From sequence record NC_028999.1: a stretch of 64,000 nt of DNA; one strand, given 5' to 3'. The notes under the pieces were generated by a model, which was given only the letters and a program-made list of their open reading frames with translations, was not told the DNA's origin and made no database searches. This document shows, piece by piece, positions 37,486 through 46,306 of the stretch. Made by a program: the position numbers and the translations under genes. How positions within the stretch are numbered: the stretch's first letter is position 1; every line of letters starts with the position of its first letter.

Positions 37486-37527
37486 TCTCTTATATAAACA
37501 TCTACAGCTATACCGAAGGTATACCCG

Positions 37528-37746
37528 ATGTCTAAATGTAAACCGGAATACACCTGGGATCGACTTCAAGAGGAGATCCTTAATAATGGAATCAAACATG
37601 TAACCCTACTAGCAACAATGCCAGATCGTGATCCTCCAAGGATCATTCATGGTGGTACATGTGAGTGCATTCACCCAATAAGAGAATTCAAAAATGCAAA
37701 ACGAGATCACCGACCCCTCTGTTATAATCTTCACTGGTTGGGATGA
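37528..37746 (+). CDS. Possible small protein
   Basis: ORF track; GAAGGT RBS; overlaps the next gene by 53 nt. Confidence 0.45.
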   Translation: MSKCKPEYTWDRLQEEILNNGIKHVTLLATMPDRDPPRIIHGGTCECIHPIREFKNAKRDHRPLCYNLHWLG

Positions 37747-38521
37747 GCAACAAGTCGCATTGGAGTATATCCATGCTCAACGGTTGCAAGATCTGCTGGA
37801 AATCATCCTGATGGGTAAAGATGACAACGATAATACCTATTTCGTTATCCGTCCCACGAAGGTTGCTCTGCGTGAACCAGCTGGTAGTTGGGTTAAGCAT
37901 CTGACTGCCCTCGTGTACCGCATTCGCAGTAGACAACAAAATCATTCTTCTGTACGCGTATACGCGTACAAAGTACCGCTTGACACCATCTATTCGTTCG
38001 TGACGGTTGGGGGTAGCCTCTACACGTTTACTGACGCTGAACGTGCTGAGTGTCGTTCTCTGGAACCCAAGAGCTGGTATCTCCCGATTGACGGTTACCC
38101 CAAGATCTTGAAACTTCAGATCTGTGGTAATCCTATTGCTGTGCGTAGCGCTTACAAATACCTGCGTAACGAAATGCGCACGCGTACCTACATTGGTGTA
38201 CGGGACATTAAGAAAGCCATGGCATTGATGATGGCAAGTGGTGGGGATAAGGCCTACTTGCTAGCTATCACTGAAAATGGGGTGGTCGTTAAGATCGATC
38301 AAACCAAAATGTCCATCATGGAAAGCAAGAACGAATCCAACTGGCTCATGATGGATCTCATTGCCAACCACTTCACTCAACGAGACTGTACCAAGGTCGC
38401 TGAGAACCCTGAGCGACTGTGGGATGAATGGGACCAACTCCGGAAAGACTATATTCGTGCGATGCGCAACATTGCCGAACACAAAGTCCCCAATCTCAAC
38501 GTTTCTGTAAATAACTACTAA
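37694..38521 (+). CDS. Hypothetical protein, ITEDG family
   Basis: LQICGNPIAVRSAYKYL...LLAITENGVVVKI. Confidence 0.8.
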   Translation: MQNEITDPSVIIFTGWDEQQVALEYIHAQRLQDLLEIILMGKDDNDNTYFVIRPTKVALREPAGSWVKHLTALVYRIRSRQQNHSSVRVYAYKVPLDTIYSFVTVGGSLYTFTDAERAECRSLEPKSWYLPIDGYPKILKLQICGNPIAVRSAYKYLRNEMRTRTYIGVRDIKKAMALMMASGGDKAYLLAITENGVVVKIDQTKMSIMESKNESNWLMMDLIANHFTQRDCTKVAENPERLWDEWDQLRKDYIRAMRNIAEHKVPNLNVSVNNY

Positions 38522-38530
38522 GGCATTCCA

Positions 38531-39313
38531 ATGACTGACAAAGTAGCAGTAATCGCTATCCCGCGCCCACTTAGCCCCGAACACATGATCTACCTGTACA
38601 ACATGGTCGATCGACATAATGAGTCGCTCCCTGATCCTTTCTTCAACCTGGAAATGGTTGAAGATGAGGAAGGTGGTGATGGTCTCTACCTCATTCGCCC
38701 CAATGCTGGATATTACTGGGCTAGACATCGTTATACTGAAAACCTGGAAGTAATGAAATCGGAACTGATAGCACAAGATATTGGCTATCACGACTTCACG
38801 TTCGTCCGTGTTATTTTCAAAGCGATGGATACACTGAGCTATAACGGTAACCTACGCATCTTTAAGAGTCCGGAATGTGACTCTTACGAACTGGACATTC
38901 GCAAGGTAGATGTACACCTGCCGATTCCTGGAATCAGACCCAAGCTCAAGCGTATCCTGCTCACAGGCGAACATAATAGCCTTCGTAGTGTGCGTCGTTG
39001 GTTGAAATGGAACATCATCCACAACCGCGGTCGTCTGTGCCAAAACGTTATCCATGAGGCCATGAAACGCATGGGGTCTAGTAGTGTTCACTTCATCACT
39101 GAAGATGGCTTCGTGGCACGCTTGACCAAGCAAGGCATCAACATGGTGTTCGCTAATCCTCAAGCTACTGCGGTGCGAATGACTGCTTTGGCTAATGGGT
39201 TGGAGGAAGACATTTTGGTCAAAGGGCTGCGCCGTACGGAATCCCCGCCGCATGCCCCGATGTGGACCGTAATGCATGACGTCTACAGCTACAACCAAGC
39301 ATTTGCTATGTAA
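38531..39313 (+). CDS. Hypothetical protein, ITEDG family
   Basis: ILLTGEHNSLRSVRRWL...HFITEDGFVARL. Confidence 0.8.
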   Translation: MTDKVAVIAIPRPLSPEHMIYLYNMVDRHNESLPDPFFNLEMVEDEEGGDGLYLIRPNAGYYWARHRYTENLEVMKSELIAQDIGYHDFTFVRVIFKAMDTLSYNGNLRIFKSPECDSYELDIRKVDVHLPIPGIRPKLKRILLTGEHNSLRSVRRWLKWNIIHNRGRLCQNVIHEAMKRMGSSSVHFITEDGFVARLTKQGINMVFANPQATAVRMTALANGLEEDILVKGLRRTESPPHAPMWTVMHDVYSYNQAFAM

Positions 39314-39320
39314 TGGAATT

Positions 39321-39348
39321 GGACCCTTGTCAGAAATGACCGGGGTCC
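39321..39348 (+). terminator. GAAA-tetraloop hairpin
   Basis: GGACCC-TT-GTCA-GAAA-TGAC-CG-GGGTCC; no U tract. Confidence 0.6.
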
Positions 39349-39379
39349 ATCCATTTATAATCGATAACAGGAGACTCCA

Positions 39380-40165
39380 ATGAATCGTCGTACCGAATAC
39401 CGTTTCTCTCTGTCATACGACCGTGAGCTGGTCGCTGCTAATCCACTGGGTTTCGTGGTTGAAGAATTCCTTGGAGGCTGGTTCAAAGAACTCGAAGAAA
39501 AGATCAATCGAGATTATGTAGCTAGCTATAATGTGCCTTTCCATGGTAGCTGGAACTACTTTGAGTTGGAGCAATTCCAAAACAATGCTTTCTTCAACCA
39601 GTACCACGAAGTAATGCAGTCCCTCGAAGCATTGGAAAAACAACTGGGCGAACGCGCCGGATTGCGCATCCAGATCACAAAACCTGAGTGTGCTCTTACC
39701 CATGTACTGATTGGTCAGGATAAGATTTTGTTGTCTCCTGATTGTGGTCACGTGGGTATCCGTGTTCCAGAAGGGACAGTGGTGGCTAGCGAAAGATGGG
39801 GTGACCATAGAGATCGTAACGTAGATTCCATTGCTGTGTTTGGTGAGCATTCCAAGATGCGCTACGTTGCCAAGCAGGTGCGCTACGCATTGAAGCAAAA
39901 AGGTGTAACCACGATCGCTAACAGTTCGATGGCGCGATTCCTACATGACCTCTTCCACCCCACCTACGAAAACAACCAAAAGTACAAGTTCAACATGATC
40001 ATGTCTGACGTGTATGTATTGGTGTTATTCAAGGATGGTGGTGCTGAGATCTATGGCAAGGATCTGGGAGAGATCTTCGAAAACCATAACCTGATATTCC
40101 TAGAACGGGAATACACCATTTGTGGACAACATTTCCCGATGTTGACTGGAGACCGTTTGGTATAA
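39380..40165 (+). CDS. Hypothetical protein, ITEDG family
   Basis: IAVFGEHSKMRYV...VLVLFKDGGAEIY. Confidence 0.8.
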   Translation: MNRRTEYRFSLSYDRELVAANPLGFVVEEFLGGWFKELEEKINRDYVASYNVPFHGSWNYFELEQFQNNAFFNQYHEVMQSLEALEKQLGERAGLRIQITKPECALTHVLIGQDKILLSPDCGHVGIRVPEGTVVASERWGDHRDRNVDSIAVFGEHSKMRYVAKQVRYALKQKGVTTIANSSMARFLHDLFHPTYENNQKYKFNMIMSDVYVLVLFKDGGAEIYGKDLGEIFENHNLIFLEREYTICGQHFPMLTGDRLV

Positions 40166-40167
40166 TC

Positions 40168-41694
40168 ATGGAAACATTGATACATTACTACGACCTGTTC
40201 ATGACAATCAGTCAGAAGAACATGGTCATGGGGGGTGTAATTGGAGCGGGGATTGGTGCTTTCTTCTGGAGTGTCCTTCGGGGCATTCCGAGGAAGACCA
40301 TCAACGCGATTAAGTCGCAGTTGATATCCACGCTCCATATCACCAACGTGGGGAATCAGTTTAACGAGAAAAACTTCGATGCTTTCATGGAGTGGTATCA
40401 GAAGCAACCGTTGGCTGGGTATAACCGAAGACTCAGTGCGAACACAGTTGACGACTGGGTATCGTCCGATGAGAGAAAACCAACGATTGGGGTTGGCTTC
40501 GGTTTACACTTCTTCATGTACCGTGGGCGACTGTTTTGGTTTAATAAAGTTCGGATCGACGGTAACCAATCTGCCGTAGATAAGCAGGAGATTCTGATCC
40601 ATGGGTTGACACGTGATAAACAGCTCCTGGTAGACATGGTGGAAGAGTACCGTGTTAAGCGAAAGAAGAATGGCCTGACGATCTGTCATTGGGACGGCAA
40701 TCGCTGGGGCAACGAGATTGAAGTCACCAAACGTGATCTATCAACCGTTGTTCTGAACAATGAGATCAAAGCTGGACTGATGCGTCGAATGGAGGAATTC
40801 TATTCTGGACGCGCGTGGTATGATGAACGTGGGCTACCCTACAAGTTCACGGTAGTTTTCCACGGGCCACCGGGTACAGGTAAATCGTCTTTGGCTAAAG
40901 CATTCGCTTCTCACTACAATAAAAATGTCAGCACGATGTCTTTGGCAGCCATGTCGAACGATACCCTGCGGCGAGCTTTCCTGACGCTGCCTAAAGGGAA
41001 CATCCTACTCATCGAGGACTTTGACGATACACCTGCTGTCAAAGATCGCTTGTCTTCTGATCCCGTTAAATTGGAAAACGAGATTAAGCGAATGGAACGT
41101 GAATATAAGCTGGAGTATATCGGCCATCTGTTTCCGGACATGCAGGAGTATGAGAACAGTGTCCAGCGCTACGTAGCTATCGATAAAGTTGCCATTATGG
41201 CAGACCTTAGCCACGAGCCTGCCGGTCTCAGTGTCAGCATGGGTGGTGTTCGTGATGAGATTGAAAGCCAGGGCTACCAGATGGGCCCCGTCAGTATTGA
41301 TGACTACGCAATTTGTCAACGGTACGCTGAGCTTTTGGTTAAGCGCGATCAGGGTGTACAGTTTGATACGAGTTCAGGCTTGACTTTATCGGCGCTGCTC
41401 AATGCGCTCGATGGGATCGTTCCTTTGGATGAAACGATGGTTATCATGACTACTAACCATCCAGAAAACCTGGACGCTGCATTGACTCGTAAGGGTCGTG
41501 TGGATTACATGGTCGAGATCCCGTTGTTCCAAGATGCGGAGGTACGTGAGTACATCAATCTCATGTTCCCGGATTACGAGGTCCCTACGGATATTCGTTT
41601 CCGGCCCATTGCAGGTTGCGATGTCATGGCGGCCTTCAGTGAAAACCGGACCTGTCCAGAATCGATGATTCGCGCCCTACCTAAAGTAGCATAA
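40168..41694 (+). CDS. BCS1-like membrane-anchored AAA+ ATPase
   Basis: N-terminal TM; Walker A GPPGTGKSS; Walker B LLIEDFD; LSALLNALDG; TTNHPENLDAALTRKGRVD; ERGLPYK. Confidence 0.9.
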   Translation: METLIHYYDLFMTISQKNMVMGGVIGAGIGAFFWSVLRGIPRKTINAIKSQLISTLHITNVGNQFNEKNFDAFMEWYQKQPLAGYNRRLSANTVDDWVSSDERKPTIGVGFGLHFFMYRGRLFWFNKVRIDGNQSAVDKQEILIHGLTRDKQLLVDMVEEYRVKRKKNGLTICHWDGNRWGNEIEVTKRDLSTVVLNNEIKAGLMRRMEEFYSGRAWYDERGLPYKFTVVFHGPPGTGKSSLAKAFASHYNKNVSTMSLAAMSNDTLRRAFLTLPKGNILLIEDFDDTPAVKDRLSSDPVKLENEIKRMEREYKLEYIGHLFPDMQEYENSVQRYVAIDKVAIMADLSHEPAGLSVSMGGVRDEIESQGYQMGPVSIDDYAICQRYAELLVKRDQGVQFDTSSGLTLSALLNALDGIVPLDETMVIMTTNHPENLDAALTRKGRVDYMVEIPLFQDAEVREYINLMFPDYEVPTDIRFRPIAGCDVMAAFSENRTCPESMIRALPKVA

Positions 41695-41725
41695 ACAGAG
41701 AGGCCTTCGGGCCTCTCTTTATATT
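41690..41725 (+). terminator. GCATAA-hairpin-TTAT element
   Basis: AGAGAGGCC-TTCG-GGCCTCTCT-TTAT. Confidence 0.85.
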
Positions 41726-41742
41726 CAAATCCATTTAAAGCC

Positions 41743-41750
41743 TACATTAC
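41743..41750 (+). promoter_or_regulatory. Early promoter variant
   Basis: ATTTAAAGCC-TACATTAC-AA. Confidence 0.75.
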
Positions 41751-41777
41751 AAGCTTGATAACCCAAGGAGTTAAATT

Positions 41778-42128
41778 ATGTCTATCAATCTAATCCGAGA
41801 GGATTGCCGTTATGCCCTGAAGTACGCAGATCTTTTCGTAGCCGCTGCGCTCCAGGGTTCTTCGGACTTTTATATCGACTCGTGCATGGGTATGCTTGCC
41901 GCGCACGGCGATAAGTCCGAGCAGTATCGTGACTACTGGGTCTCCCGTGGTCTCGACTATAAACGGGCTCAGCTGGTTTACCTGCTGACCTTCACCAAAC
42001 TGTTGGGGGCTACTCCGAAGCATCATTCGAAAGAGTGGGTGCTGACGAACTACCACAACTACGTCCCCATCTTTGAGCAACTGGAGCGTGATCATGGAAC
42101 TGAACAAACGCATCAAACTTCTTCATGA
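41778..42128 (+). CDS. Hypothetical early protein
   Basis: AAGGAG RBS. Confidence 0.8.
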   Translation: MSINLIREDCRYALKYADLFVAAALQGSSDFYIDSCMGMLAAHGDKSEQYRDYWVSRGLDYKRAQLVYLLTFTKLLGATPKHHSKEWVLTNYHNYVPIFEQLERDHGTEQTHQTSS

Positions 42129-42417
42129 AATCCTGGGTCAATTCTCACCACTCGGTTCGATCATGAGTGACTACGAGGATGTGACCTTCGTCAATCTAAC
42201 AGTAACCAAGCGTGAGCCTGGCGTACTGGAATACAAAGTTACTTATAAACCCAAAGGTGATCTGTTCAAGCAGGTCGGTGCTTGGGATGCAGTGGTTGTG
42301 CTGAAAAGCCAATCGCAGGTCATTAACCAAGTTATCCTGAAGTCGATATTCGGTAAGTCCATCGAATGGGTATCGACCATGGACGACGTTGCAGAAGAAC
42401 TCTCGCCTACCACCTGA
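42094..42417 (+). CDS. Hypothetical protein
   Basis: GGAG RBS; start trimmed to MELNKR. Confidence 0.75.
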   Translation: MELNKRIKLLHEILGQFSPLGSIMSDYEDVTFVNLTVTKREPGVLEYKVTYKPKGDLFKQVGAWDAVVVLKSQSQVINQVILKSIFGKSIEWVSTMDDVAEELSPTT

Positions 42418-42428
42418 GAGTGAAAGGT

Positions 42429-42590
42429 ATGAACAAACTGCTAAAATGGGAATTGGACTGGGTGGCTAGCCACCCAGAACACTATCGCGACGCACGGCAT
42501 CAGTCGTATGTACAGAAACGAATTGCCGCGCGTTATCTCCTCAACTGGTTCACTAAAGCAGCTCGTGTAAAAAATCACCAGAGTTCCTAA
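42429..42590 (+). CDS. Small basic protein
   Basis: Start trimmed to MNKLLK. Confidence 0.6.
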   Translation: MNKLLKWELDWVASHPEHYRDARHQSYVQKRIAARYLLNWFTKAARVKNHQSS

Positions 42591-42690
42591 TGTTTTAGGA
42601 AGGAACTCTGGCTGTTCAATAACAAAAATCTTGGACTCAGGCCGAAAGGCTTTTATGTCCGCAAACTTCAAAGATCAAAAGGGAACGAAA

Positions 42691-43602
42691 ATGAGTGCAT
42701 GGTTGGTTGATAAGGTAATGGCTCGTATTCGTCAGTTCGACATTCAAAGGGAAGTCGAACAGGCTGCTGAACAACCGCAAGCAATCGAAGAAGTCGCACA
42801 GCAGCCAGAAACTAAGGCAGATCCCACCATGTTGGAATTCCTGCGTGGGCTTGATAATGAACTGCCGGTAATGGAAAAAGAAGAGAATCCAAAGAAAGAA
42901 AGGAGCACCACCGATATGTTCTTCGAGGACTTGAAGACCAAAGCTTTCGAAATGACCAGCTACGTTCTGCGTCGCTACATGGCCGACTATACCAATACTC
43001 AAACTGCTCCGAAAGGTAAGTCCATTACCTTTGCAGCAGTAACCAGCATCACTGGTGAAGTATGGCTGGGGGAATCCAAAGATCCGCAAGCGGTCTTTAA
43101 TCGTTTCAAGTCTGGTAAGAATCTACCGAAGAATCTCCAGGACTTGGTTGATGATGGTCAGAAACTGCATATCTATGCAACGGCGCGGGAAATCGATGTT
43201 GACTCGCTCCGCAGGGAATTGGAAGATATGGATGTCCTACTGGCTCGTACCGCACCTAACCGTCGTGGGGACGTCTGTGGGTATGTGTACGTATGCCGTC
43301 ATCGCCGCACCGGCAATTACTTCCTGAAGAAAGCTCGTGGCGCTACCCCTAACCCGGAATTGGTTCTGTCTATGTTCCTTGGTTATCTCAACAATACCAA
43401 ACAAACCTACATGGCCCACAGCAATAAACTGCTTCACAGCTTCGTTACCCAGAATGCTGCTGATTGCCTTAACAAGCAGAACTTCACTGTGGATGTGGTC
43501 GCCAAATTCAACAATGTCGATCATGCAATTGAAATCATGAATGAGTTCATGATCAATTCCATTATGGGTGTTTGCCTGAATCGCGGTTTCACCCGCCACT
43601 AA
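42691..43602 (+). CDS. Protein with two degenerate GIY-YIG-like domains
   Basis: SITFAAVTSITGEVWLGESKD and GYVYVCRHRRTGNYFL...VCLN; start trimmed. Confidence 0.6.
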   Translation: MSAWLVDKVMARIRQFDIQREVEQAAEQPQAIEEVAQQPETKADPTMLEFLRGLDNELPVMEKEENPKKERSTTDMFFEDLKTKAFEMTSYVLRRYMADYTNTQTAPKGKSITFAAVTSITGEVWLGESKDPQAVFNRFKSGKNLPKNLQDLVDDGQKLHIYATAREIDVDSLRRELEDMDVLLARTAPNRRGDVCGYVYVCRHRRTGNYFLKKARGATPNPELVLSMFLGYLNNTKQTYMAHSNKLLHSFVTQNAADCLNKQNFTVDVVAKFNNVDHAIEIMNEFMINSIMGVCLNRGFTRH

Positions 43603-43665
43603 AATATACAGGGGTGGTATTATCTTTGAGGTGATACCACTTCTAATGAATTAAAAGGAAAGCAC

Positions 43666-44328
43666 ATGTCTGCACAAATCGTAAATCTTCCATTTGTTAC
43701 ATTGATCGTACAACGAATCAACGATTACACTGTTAATCACCAATCAGGTACTGACAACATTCCGCATCTGTGCGTGAAGGTAAAACATGCCAACGGTTTT
43801 GCATGGTTTGGTATCAACGTCATGCCTGGTTTTGAACAACGCAACTGGACATCGTCTGAATCCAATCAGGTTCGTGAACGTTTCCTGGACGCGATTCACC
43901 TGCTTACTGACGTAGTCGAGATGGTTAGCAACGTCGACCGTCTGATGGACAGCCTGCAATCGATCGTCTCGGGTCATAAACGTTCGATCCAGATCTGTGC
44001 ACCCCATAACGAGTTCCTCCAGTGCTACCTCAACAACAATATCCAACTGGATGTGTATCGTGAGGAAGTCAATGAGGAAATCATGTCCTATGGTGGCTTC
44101 TTCTTCACGGTGAACATTCGCAATCAAGACTACCCTGGTTTCCTGTACCATCGCGGTATCATCCTTTACAACTATATCGACGAGGATGAAGCCAAGCTCC
44201 TGATCTCGTCCAATTTGGATACCCTGTATCCGGAATTGATCGGTTGTGATCTGGAAGCCGATGATATCATCATCCACAAGGTGGTGGAGCGTACTCGTAA
44301 CCGCGCTAATCGCCGGGAGTATGCGTAA
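43666..44328 (+). CDS. Hypothetical protein
   Basis: AAGGA RBS. Confidence 0.8.
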   Translation: MSAQIVNLPFVTLIVQRINDYTVNHQSGTDNIPHLCVKVKHANGFAWFGINVMPGFEQRNWTSSESNQVRERFLDAIHLLTDVVEMVSNVDRLMDSLQSIVSGHKRSIQICAPHNEFLQCYLNNNIQLDVYREEVNEEIMSYGGFFFTVNIRNQDYPGFLYHRGIILYNYIDEDEAKLLISSNLDTLYPELIGCDLEADDIIIHKVVERTRNRANRREYA

Positions 44329-44745
44329 GTGTCTTCACAGCTTGTTGTCGTTGACCTACTTCGTGGTTGGAGAAAGGTCAACTTCAGCGAGTTGGCAAGG
44401 GAACCACATGAAAGCCTGATGGACTACGTTGGTGAAGAAACCGAGCTGGCGTCGCTCCATCAGTTCTCGTACCATCGTGAGTACAGCGACCGACCATCGT
44501 ATCAAATCGATATCTGGTGGGACGAGGTACCCCAGCAAGCCAGACCGGAGAATTATGAACCCTCAGTTAAAGAGGCATTCGTTCACCGGCTGTGCAAGCT
44601 TTACGCAGCGGCCCTAGGCGGTTTCGTCGAAGGGGTTAAACATATCGGCCAAACCACTCACGTTTATATCAAGGTCAAAGAAGAAAAGGCCTTGCCGGTA
44701 AACTTGGATTGGATCCGGAATGAGCTGCCAGTTACAGAGGACTAA
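44329..44745 (+). CDS. Hypothetical protein
   Basis: GTG start abutting the previous stop. Confidence 0.75.
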   Translation: MSSQLVVVDLLRGWRKVNFSELAREPHESLMDYVGEETELASLHQFSYHREYSDRPSYQIDIWWDEVPQQARPENYEPSVKEAFVHRLCKLYAAALGGFVEGVKHIGQTTHVYIKVKEEKALPVNLDWIRNELPVTED

Positions 44746-44778
44746 TTGCGCAATACTATGCGTGAGTATTTCCTTTAC

Positions 44779-44859
44779 GATGCTCTTTCGACAATACGGT
44801 TAAGAATGTTTAACAACATTCGCTAGAACATGTTGGGTTCGAGTCCCAACAACCCATCA
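44779..44859 (+). pseudogene. tRNA-like relic
   Basis: T-arm TGTTGGG-TTCGAGT-CCCAACA, anticodon-like hairpin AATGTT-TAAC-AACATT and D-like TCTT...CGGTT-AAGA; acceptor pairs only GATG/CATC. Confidence 0.45.
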
Positions 44860-44934
44860 GGGGTTATCAATCGGTCAACCCCCGCTCCACTGAAAAGCCT
44901 TGAGTGAGCTTTGATGTAGAGTAATTGTAATATG

Positions 44935-44965
44935 TAAGCCCCACCTTCGGGTGGGGTTTATTTCC
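44935..44965 (+). terminator. Terminator hairpin
   Basis: GCCCCACC-TTCG-GGTGGGGT-TTATTT. Confidence 0.85.
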
Positions 44966-44987
44966 CCTTTAAAATTTGGAGCTTATA

Positions 44988-45476
44988 ATGACACAAGAAT
45001 TGAACCTGACTTTCTATCACTTGAAGTACGATGAATTGATCACCGTTCTACGTTTGATGGCTGGTGAATACAACGGAATGTCCGATCAAGGTTGCCGTGA
45101 TATGGTTCATGGTAATGCGTTCGGTACCGGCGCCAAAGTAATCGCCCAAGATTTTTCTGTCATGAATGGCTACGTGGCCATCACTGGTCCTATCCCTTCT
45201 GTACTCTTTAAAGGGGAAGAACATACCTTGTCCACAGCTGTGCTCGATCTTCCGGAACTGAGTCTACATGACTACACCGAAGAGATGTTGCACGACCTGA
45301 TTCGACGCAAGATGAGTGAGAAACTAGGTTGGTACTATACCGCTCAAGCTAATAAGGCGATCCTGGAACAACGTGAAGCTGCTGGACGTTTGACTTTCGC
45401 CAAAAGCCAACTTCCCAAACGCGCAGGAAATCCCAGCGTGGAATCGGTAAACGTCGAAGTTCAGGTCAAGCTGTAA
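44988..45476 (+). CDS. Hypothetical protein (paralog of the next gene)
   Basis: GGAG RBS; start trimmed to MTQELN. Confidence 0.8.
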   Translation: MTQELNLTFYHLKYDELITVLRLMAGEYNGMSDQGCRDMVHGNAFGTGAKVIAQDFSVMNGYVAITGPIPSVLFKGEEHTLSTAVLDLPELSLHDYTEEMLHDLIRRKMSEKLGWYYTAQANKAILEQREAAGRLTFAKSQLPKRAGNPSVESVNVEVQVKL

Positions 45477-45485
45477 GGATTCATA

Positions 45486-45890
45486 ATGGCCCGCGATATT
45501 CAAGTTACTTTTACCGTACTTCCTCCACAAGTGTTGACTATTGCACTGCGTCAACATTACGTGAAGAATGCTCGTCCGGAAAAACGACGGGAAGGAGCAT
45601 TCACAGAGACCGTTGGTCAATCACGTGGATTCGGTAAAGCTATTGACTTCATGATCATCAACGGAATCGTCGAAGCAGACGAGCGACCGATGATCAAGTT
45701 CGTGTGCGACAAGACTGGTGCCAACGTTCAGTGGCAGTTCCCCTCTATTGGGAAATCGGTTACCACTGAGCAACAAGTCGTGAATCTGGTACGAGAACGC
45801 GTGTGCAAGATTCTGCTGGAATACAATCTGTTTGATCCTAAGCAGGTTGAGATGGAAAAACGTGGTTGGGAAAAGTTACTCGCAGCGTAA
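45486..45890 (+). CDS. Hypothetical protein
   Basis: AAGGA RBS; ends in LLAA. Confidence 0.8.
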   Translation: MARDIQVTFTVLPPQVLTIALRQHYVKNARPEKRREGAFTETVGQSRGFGKAIDFMIINGIVEADERPMIKFVCDKTGANVQWQFPSIGKSVTTEQQVVNLVRERVCKILLEYNLFDPKQVEMEKRGWEKLLAA

Positions 45891-45899
45891 TGATATACG
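45873..45899 (+). promoter_or_regulatory. Bipartite middle/late-type promoter
   Basis: AAGTTACTC-N12-TATACG. Confidence 0.7.
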
Positions 45900-46281
45900 T
45901 GGAAACATTTCCCAACTAGACCGAGGTTACAGCTGGACCATCTCCCCTAGGGCTTCCCGTCGCCTAAACTAGGGTGCCACCTGTGGCCTCACTTATCAAC
46001 CCTCTGCTTTCGGTGTGAGGGGTGGTCTCTCCGTATAGAGGAGAGACGCTATAGCGCAGCTCGCCAAGCTGCAAGCCGAAGCGTGATGTCTTACCTGGCT
46101 GGTATGACTAGCGAAGTTACGACGTGGTGTACTTTCCGAAGGCCAAAGGCGCCCCGGCCCATCAGAGTAGCGCTTTCGTTTTCCTTAGAGGCTGCCCTAA
46201 GCAGGCTCGCACTGGCCAGTGAGGAAAACGTCTGTATTCGAAACCAGCATAGCCCCGCCCCATCCGGGCGGGGTTTATGCC
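45894..46281 (+). ncRNA. Large structured non-coding RNA (~380 nt), family unknown
   Basis: Promoter motif upstream, terminator downstream, GC-rich, at least 10 hairpins, no ORF with an RBS. Confidence 0.7.
46247..46281 (+). terminator. GCATA-hairpin-TTTATGCC element
   Basis: GCCCCGCCC-CATCC-GGGCGGGGT. Confidence 0.85.
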
Positions 46282-46306
46282 CTTAAATATACAAGAGGAG
46301 CTTATA

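Noticed and set aside
45895-46256. tmRNA on the - strand: GGGGCUAUGCUGGUUUCGA resembles a tmRNA 5' end and the length is ~360 nt
   Set aside because: The GGGGC comes from the + strand terminator stem. There is no proper T-arm/CCA end and no tag ORF ending in AA, and the promoter motif points to the + strand. An RF00023/ARAGORN search would settle it.
46083-46286. 67-aa ORF inside the structured region
   Set aside because: No RBS, and it runs through the terminator hairpin.
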